Positions 56,276 to 64,000 of a stretch of 64,000 bases of DNA are shown here, piece by piece. A model generated the notes under the pieces. That model saw nothing but the letters and a program-made list of their open reading frames with translations, searched no databases and had not been told where the DNA came from. This stretch comes from the human T2T-CHM13v2.0 reference genome, Homo sapiens. The stretch lies in the NCBI RefSeq assembly GCF_009914755.1, contig NC_060925.1. One strand, 5' to 3'. The position numbers and the translations under genes are program-made. How positions within the stretch are numbered: position 1 is the stretch's first letter; every line of letters starts with the position of its first letter.

Positions 56276-56936
56276 AATTATGGTAGAAGATTTCAATACC
56301 CATTTCTCAATAATCCATAGAATAAGGAGGCAGAGTTAGCAAGGATATAGTAGACTTAAATAACACTGTCAACCAAGTTGGCCTAATTAACATATATAGA
56401 ACACTCTACCTAACAATATTAGAATGTTCATCCTTTTTGAGTGCAAACAGAATCTTTACCAAGACAGACCATATTCTGGGCCGATAAACTGGAAGTAGCT
56501 CAAATGTCCATCAGAAGGAGAATGGGCAAACAAATTGCGGCATAGCCATATAATGGCTACTACTAAGCATTAGAAAGAAATTAATTGGTCATACATGCAA
56601 CACCATGGACAAATCTCAAGATAATTATGTTCAGTTGAAACCAGACAAAAAAGACTACATACTGTATGATTCTATTTACATAATATACTAGAAAACCCAA
56701 ATTAGTCTATACTTTCGGAAAGCAGATTAGTGCTTGCCTGAGCAGGGTTGGAGTGGGGATGTGGGTGAGAGGGTAGGAGAAAAGGATTAAAATAGAGCAG
56801 GAGAAACTGCTGGGGCTACTGAGTATGTTCACAGTTTAATTGAGGTGATGGTTTTATGGATGTCTGGATATGCCAAAGCTTATCAAATTGTACACTTTCG
56901 TTACAATAAAAAGTCAGCCCATTTAGAAGTTTATAA

Positions 56937-57408
<472 letters not shown>

Positions 57409-57516
57409 GTTTAGCATTTCTTAACATCATCTTAACCCACACTGTTCAATATAATAACCTACTAGCCACAAGTGGCCATCCAAATTTAAATTAATTACAA
57501 TTAAAATGTAAAACTG

Positions 57517-57807
57517 GGCTGGGTACAGTAGCTCACGCCTGTAATCCCAGCACTTTGGGAGGCTGAGGCGGGCAGATCACGAGGTCAGGAGTTCCAGATC
57601 AGCCTGGCCAATATGGTGAAACCCCATCTCTACTAAAAATACAAAAATTAGCCGGGTGTGTTGGTGTGCGCCTGTAGTTCTAGCTACTCGGGAGGCTGAG
57701 GCAGAAGAATCCCTTGAACCTGGGAGGCGGAGGTTGCAGTGAGCCAAGATGTGACACTAACTCTACCCTGGGTGACAGAGCAAGACTCCGTCTAAAAAAA
57801 AAAAAAA
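57517..57807 (+). mobile_element. AluS inserted in a MER3/MER33-like hAT element (~57440-57938)
   Basis: Full Alu; flanks actagccaca...gtggctag typical of MER3/33. Confidence 0.88.
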
Positions 57808-60800
57808 GGAAAACTCAGTCCTTAGTTGCAATAGGCACATTCCAAGAACTCAATAGCCATTTGTGGCTAGAGGCCAACATATTGGAGAGTTCAGATTATA
57901 GAACATTTCTGCCATTAGAGAAAGTTCTTTTGGATAGCTTTTTCCTGGGCTATGTAGAGACTCAGCACTATTACAAGCAACTTAGATCTTTCACTGGCCG
58001 CTTATTGAGCACTTACTTTTGCCAGAAACTGCCAGGTCCTTTATATGAATTATCTCTAATTCTTGCAGGGAAAGACTAAGAGAAGCTTGAATAATTTTCC
58101 AAGGGTCGCAGTTACTAACTGGTATACCTAACATGTAAACCTATGTCTATCTAACCCCAAAGCCTAAGTTCTTATGTGGGTCTCATATCTCCTGTGACTG
58201 GGCCATCCCCCTTTCCTTCTATACTTGTGAAGGATTCTTTTCATATTCAACCATGGAGTCTTATATTTATCCCTCCTAAATTTTGTCTTGTTGGATTAAG
58301 CTTATTGCTCCAGATTGTCAAAATATTTTAGGATCCTCATCCTGTCATTCCATATGCTCACTCGCCTTCCAAGCTTCATGTATTTACTGACTTTGATAAA
58401 TATGGCCCCCCTAAACTTCATCTGAGTGATCGATAAAAATCATTGCTAAGACAAGGGAAAGGATGAAGGCCTGTGGTCGGCTATCAGAAACCCTCCCGCT
58501 TGAGGTTGACATCAGTTTACCAGTCTGTAACCTTCAAGATACCAGCATACCAACCCATTTCTACTCTTATCTCCAGATTCTGAGGGATATGTTCTATATT
58601 TGGAGCCTAAAGACCTACTAGCACCATCTAGAATCATATGCTGGTTATAAATGACTTCCAGATGTTAGCCAAACAATGTTTGCTTCTAACCAAACATAAG
58701 GGCCAGAAAGATCAAGATATTGGCACCAGTGTTGATGCTTGTCATTTCCACTTAGCCCTCCTTGCTGCCCTCACCTCTAAAGTGGTTGTTTGATAATTTG
58801 TTGCTAAAAGCAAACCATCCCACAACAGCGGCTTCAAATAATAGCAATCATTTATTTGCTGATGAATTTGAAATGTGGACATGGCTGGGTGAGAACAGTG
58901 GGCCTCTACTTTACTGTGGCATTGGCTGAGCTTAAAGAACAGCTGTGGACTGGCACAATGAGGTTCCTCTAGCACAACTCTGAGAGTCTTGTCAGCTTTT
59001 CTCATGGCTTCCTGCCGCCTCCTCCCCACCCCGCTTTCAAACACTGCCCATATTGACCAACATGTGTTTCCCACAATGTGCCATCATTGACCATCTCTAG
59101 GGCTCCATCCAGTGTGCCTGTCCTTTTCCATGAATCCTCAAAGACTCAGCCAAGGTGTCACCTCTACCTAGGAGCCTTCCCTGATATCCCCTGCCCCCAC
59201 ACAACTTGGTTTGCATTACTGTCTCTCTACTGTGTTCCACAGCATGCTTTATTTCCCCTTTTCAAAGCACTTCTACCACTGTAATGGATTATCCTCTTTG
59301 TTTGCCTGTCTTTCCCATGAGATCCTCAGCTCTTCAGGGGATGAAATTGTTGTCATTTTGCATTCCCAGACCATAGCATAGTGTGTAAGATACAGTGGGT
59401 GCTCAATCTGTTGAATCAATGAGTGATATGATGATGACAGGTTCTGGAAGTTAAAATGATACTATCGAAATACCAGATTAGCAACAGGACCTGGCACCTG
59501 TAAAGAGCCACAGTGAAGCAGGTTCTACTGGACATAAGATTAAATGAGTTCAAGTCCATAAAGCATTTGGAGCACTGTCTCACAAATAGTAGGTGCCATA
59601 TAAGCATTTGTTGTTGCTATTATCATTGTTACGATGCTTGCGGCTTTCAGGTGTAGAGCTGTCTTTGCCAAAGGTTCTTTTTGCTCTCCCATTAGGGTTT
59701 TTCTTTAACAGGGACCTTGGACAACGTTGGCACTTCCTCCTCCTCTGGGAGTTCCCTGGGAGGAATCCTCTGGAAGAGAAAGTGTGTTCAAGACTAACAG
59801 AGTCTGCATGTGTTTTTCTCTTGGCAAAGGCTCAGTCCCTGCTCTAGCACCATTAGCTTCGCTCCTATTGTCTTCCACTGCAGCAGGTGGATGCAGGGAT
59901 CACCACCTGCCAGGTGCTTCTAAGCTTCCCCAGGCACAGCAGGGCTAAGAAAAGGGAGAAGTGAGTTCAGGGACAGAGTGCTCTGGTATGCCGCCACCCT
60001 GGGATCAACAGCTCCCTTTCCCCCAGGATGTCCTTTGTGGGAAGGCTGGAAGGAAAGCCGCCCACTGAAATGAAAACTCCTCACACTTTGGGAAAGGGTT
60101 TGGTCTGCACCTTAATTTGGAAGAGGTGTCCAGGTTCTTCAAGTTCCCACAGGCCTTGTTCTTGCCCTGCCTTTCTGGGGTAGTCAGAAGCTGACAAGTC
60201 CCAGAGTTCTCTCGTCATGTCCGTGCCCCACCGTGCCTGGAATCTGGAGGAACTTGAGCACGGCAGTTTTAGCCTGAACTGTGATTAATATTTGGTGCTG
60301 GGAAAACTGGGGGTTCTGGGCTAAGCCTGAAATTATTCTGGGCAAGAGGGAAAGGGGAATTTCCAAGATGCCCTCGAGAGAATGAGCGGGGCAGGGTCCT
60401 GAGTAAGAGGCTTGCATGAAGGGGGAAATGGAGAAGGGCGATAGGGAAACACCCCTGGGTAGAAGGGCTAAGAAGCAAGATAAGTGGGAATGGCAGCTGC
60501 AGGGCCCACGAAGAGCCATAGCTATGGGCAAAGTTGGCACAAGAATCCTGGAGGAGAATGCTGGAGGCTGGTGGGTGATATGGAGGAAAGAATGGGGTTG
60601 AGATGTTCTACTTGTGCTCCTCTTCCATGTCTCAGGTTAAACCTCACTTCCTTAGAGAGGCCTTTCCTGATCCTCATAACCCTCATTCCATTCCGGAGTC
60701 AGTCTCCATGGGTCTGGATCTCAGCTCCTCACTTACAAGCTCGACAACCTTGTCCAAGTGTTTAAACTCTTTTAACTTCAGTTTTATCAATCTGTGTTAT

Positions 60801-61132
60801 GTGGCTAAAGATAGTACCTTCTCACAAGGTTGTAAGGATTAAATAAATTAATATATTGAAAATGCTTAGCACAGAGCCCAGGTCTTGACTGGTAAGAGTG
60901 ATCATGACATCTGTTTAATGGCCTGTCTCTCCTACTACTGTGAGGTCTGTGGGGCCGGGAATATGCTGTCCACTTTGGTGTCCCCCAACGCTTCGGTGTC
61001 CCCCAAACCTAGTGCAGGGCCTGGCTTGTTGTAGGGTCCCAGCTGAATGAATGTGTAAGTGACCAGGGTGGGCTCAGGTGGTTGCAGCCTTGTGGGGGTT
61101 AGGGTCTAGGGTTATATTTCACTGCATGGATC

Positions 61133-61438
61133 CTTTCTTTTTCTTTCTTTTTTTTTTGTTTGAAATGAAGTCTCACTCTGTTGCCTGGGCTGGAGTATAG
61201 TGGTGTGATCTCGGCTCACTGCAACCTCCACCTCCTAGGTTCCAGTGATTTTCCTGTCTCAGCCTCCTGAGTAGCTGGGACTAAAGGCATGTGCCACCAT
61301 GCCTGGCTAATTTTTGTATTTGTAGTAGAGACGGGGTTTCTCCATGTTGGCCAGGCTGGTCTCAAAACCCTGACCTCAAGTGATCCACTAGCCTCGGCAT
61401 CCCAAAGTGCTGGGAGGCATATGCCACCGCACCTGGCC
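61133..61438 (-). mobile_element. AluS
   Basis: Full reverse Alu. Confidence 0.93.
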
Positions 61439-61485
61439 TAAACATTTTTTTTCTAGGTGATCCAAGTTAGAAAAGACACCAAGAT

Positions 61486-61848
<363 letters not shown>

Positions 61849-62985
61849 TTATTCCATTATCTATTTTATTTTTGTGTTCTCTATAATTTTTCCATACCAA
61901 AGCAAGGATTACTTTTCTAATGGCTGAGAAAAGAAAATGTTATTAAACAAACATAACACTCTCCGTTGTCTGGAGGTGAGGAGCCATCACTGAAGGATAA
62001 GAATGGGTAAGAAATGCAGGGAATAAACAGTGTGTGATGGGAAGGCTTCTCAGCCTTCCAAGGCCTGTTGGAGGTTTCACAGGATGTTCCTGCCAAGGGA
62101 ATTCTCAAAGCTCAAAGCCATGGGGGTGGAGGCCCTGCTTCCCTCCGTCTTAAGAAGGATGTGACTTGGGCAAGTTTCAGTTTTAGCAGGATCGCCGTGT
62201 CTTCAGAGGGAAAGAATGTTCTCAACCTTGAATCTTTTGCCAAGAAATGGTCCTGAGTGTTTTGAGGGGCAAAACTGCTGCTCCTGCTGCTCACTCAAGC
62301 ACTGTTACTTGATATCAGCGGATTATTTCTCTCCAGAGGCTTGGGTCCCCTGGATGGAGGGCAACCCTAGCTGTTGCCCCAGGGGGAAGGCAGGGAGGAG
62401 GCTCGGACGGAGTTAAGAAGCCTAGGTAGGCTGAGTTCTAGCTCTAGCTGGCTGCATGATCCTTCAATCATTGAGCCTTAGCCTTCCCATCTAAAGAAAG
62501 GAGGACATCTTCCCTATTGATATGGAAGATCTTCCCTGTTGACATGGAATTCCGAGTGTGAAGTAATGCTATATGTGAAAAATGCCCTGGAGATCATAAA
62601 GTGATGGACAGATGCTGTTTGTGAATGAGAAGAGTATTGGTGGAATAGAGGAAAACATAGACTCTCTTCAGTGAGTTAAGTTTATGTTTCTTGCATCTGC
62701 CGATTCAAAAACATGTATGGCATTTCCTCCTTCTTGTAGGAGCTTCCTGTATGTTATACTCTCTGTTCCTCATTTGCCACATGTTATAGATGAGAAAACT
62801 GGGGCTAAGGGAAGATAGACTGACCTGGTTTTCCCAAGATCACAGAGCTAGTAAGAGTAGGGGAGGAATTATCACCCCCATTTCTCCGGATGAGGAAACT
62901 GAGGCACAGAGAGATTAATTCATTTGTCTGAAGTTATAGAGCCAGCAAGTGTGAAAGTTATACCTGAGTCTAAAAGAAAAAAATC

Positions 62986-63269
<284 letters not shown>

Positions 63270-64000
63270 CCCTGAATCCAAATCTTTTAATGTTACTAAT
63301 TTAGGGTTCATGGACTCTTGAGGGGTTCTCAGAAAGACATCAGAAGGAAAGTTTGCATATGTGTACATTTTTGTGGGGAGAGGGATTCCATATATTGAAT
63401 CAACTTCTCAAATGAATCAGAAATCTTGGACCTGTAGTTGGTGCATAAGTAACTCTTTCTGTATTTAAACATTGATCATACTACAAGAAAAGCTTTAGTG
63501 ATGGCAAGTTACTCTGGCACTTAAAATGTGCTTAATTGTTACTGTGCTTCAAGGCTGTGAGTCAAAATGATTGATTTGCCTTTGATGCAGCTGGCCAACT
63601 TGAATTTTTCTTTCTCCTGGCTTAATAACTCTTCAATATCTATAAGATGTCAAGATCAAAATTTTTCCTTCTGATACCACATTTTGTTTAATCTTCAACT
63701 TAGGTGCAAACCCTAGACGAAAAAAGACTGTAATTCAACTCTTCAGTAGCCAGGATTGCCTGTCTCCAACCCCTTCTGAATCTAGTTATGTTGGATACTG
63801 GGAGAGAAGCATGTAGACTCTTTGGGCCTGACCTTTCTGATTTTTCTCTGGAAGGGCTTCACTGAAGGGGCACAGAAGAATAATGTTTCTACAGCATAGA
63901 TCCAGGGGCTCCTCCCCACCAGGAACCCAGCTTAGCAGGCAGGCTGTTCATGTGGAACTCGCCAAAACCCCGTGCAGGTGGATGTGCGGAAACACCAAAG

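Noticed and set aside
62507-62549. 22-bp tandem duplication (a similar 18-bp one lies at ~60973-61007)
   Set aside because: Ordinary slippage-type duplications without further structure.

Overview
Primate (human-like) genomic DNA from the IL10-IL19 cytokine locus, recognised from the encoded protein (chr1q32 by established knowledge). The complete 5-exon IL10 gene lies on the minus strand (CDS 10636->6837, 178 aa, all introns phase 0). Also present are its TATA promoter, ARE/Alu-containing 3'UTR, the IL10.G and IL10.R CA microsatellites and the -1082A/-819T/-592A promoter haplotype. On the plus strand are the upstream exons of the long IL19 transcript: one antisense to IL10 exon 3 (donor at 9279/9280) and a 146-nt exon at 37073-37218. 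No main IL19 coding exons were recognised in the window. The rest is intronic/intergenic DNA rich in Alu, L1, LTR/ERV and DNA-transposon relics, with several TF-motif clusters. Nearly all listed ORFs are repeat-derived or chance. I find no evidence for a new multi-gene system. The best leads are: (i) a hexamer that is the probable IL10 intron-2 branch point on one strand and the IL19 splice donor on the other; (ii) a HERV-W retrocopy and a trimeric AluY stacked at one target site, giving three copies of a 16-bp TSD; (iii) a ~530-bp locally templated duplication that splits an L1; (iv) a minisatellite of perfect 22-bp palindromes; (v) very close inverted Alu pairs. Repeat subfamily names, SNP identities and literature links come from memory, not from searches.
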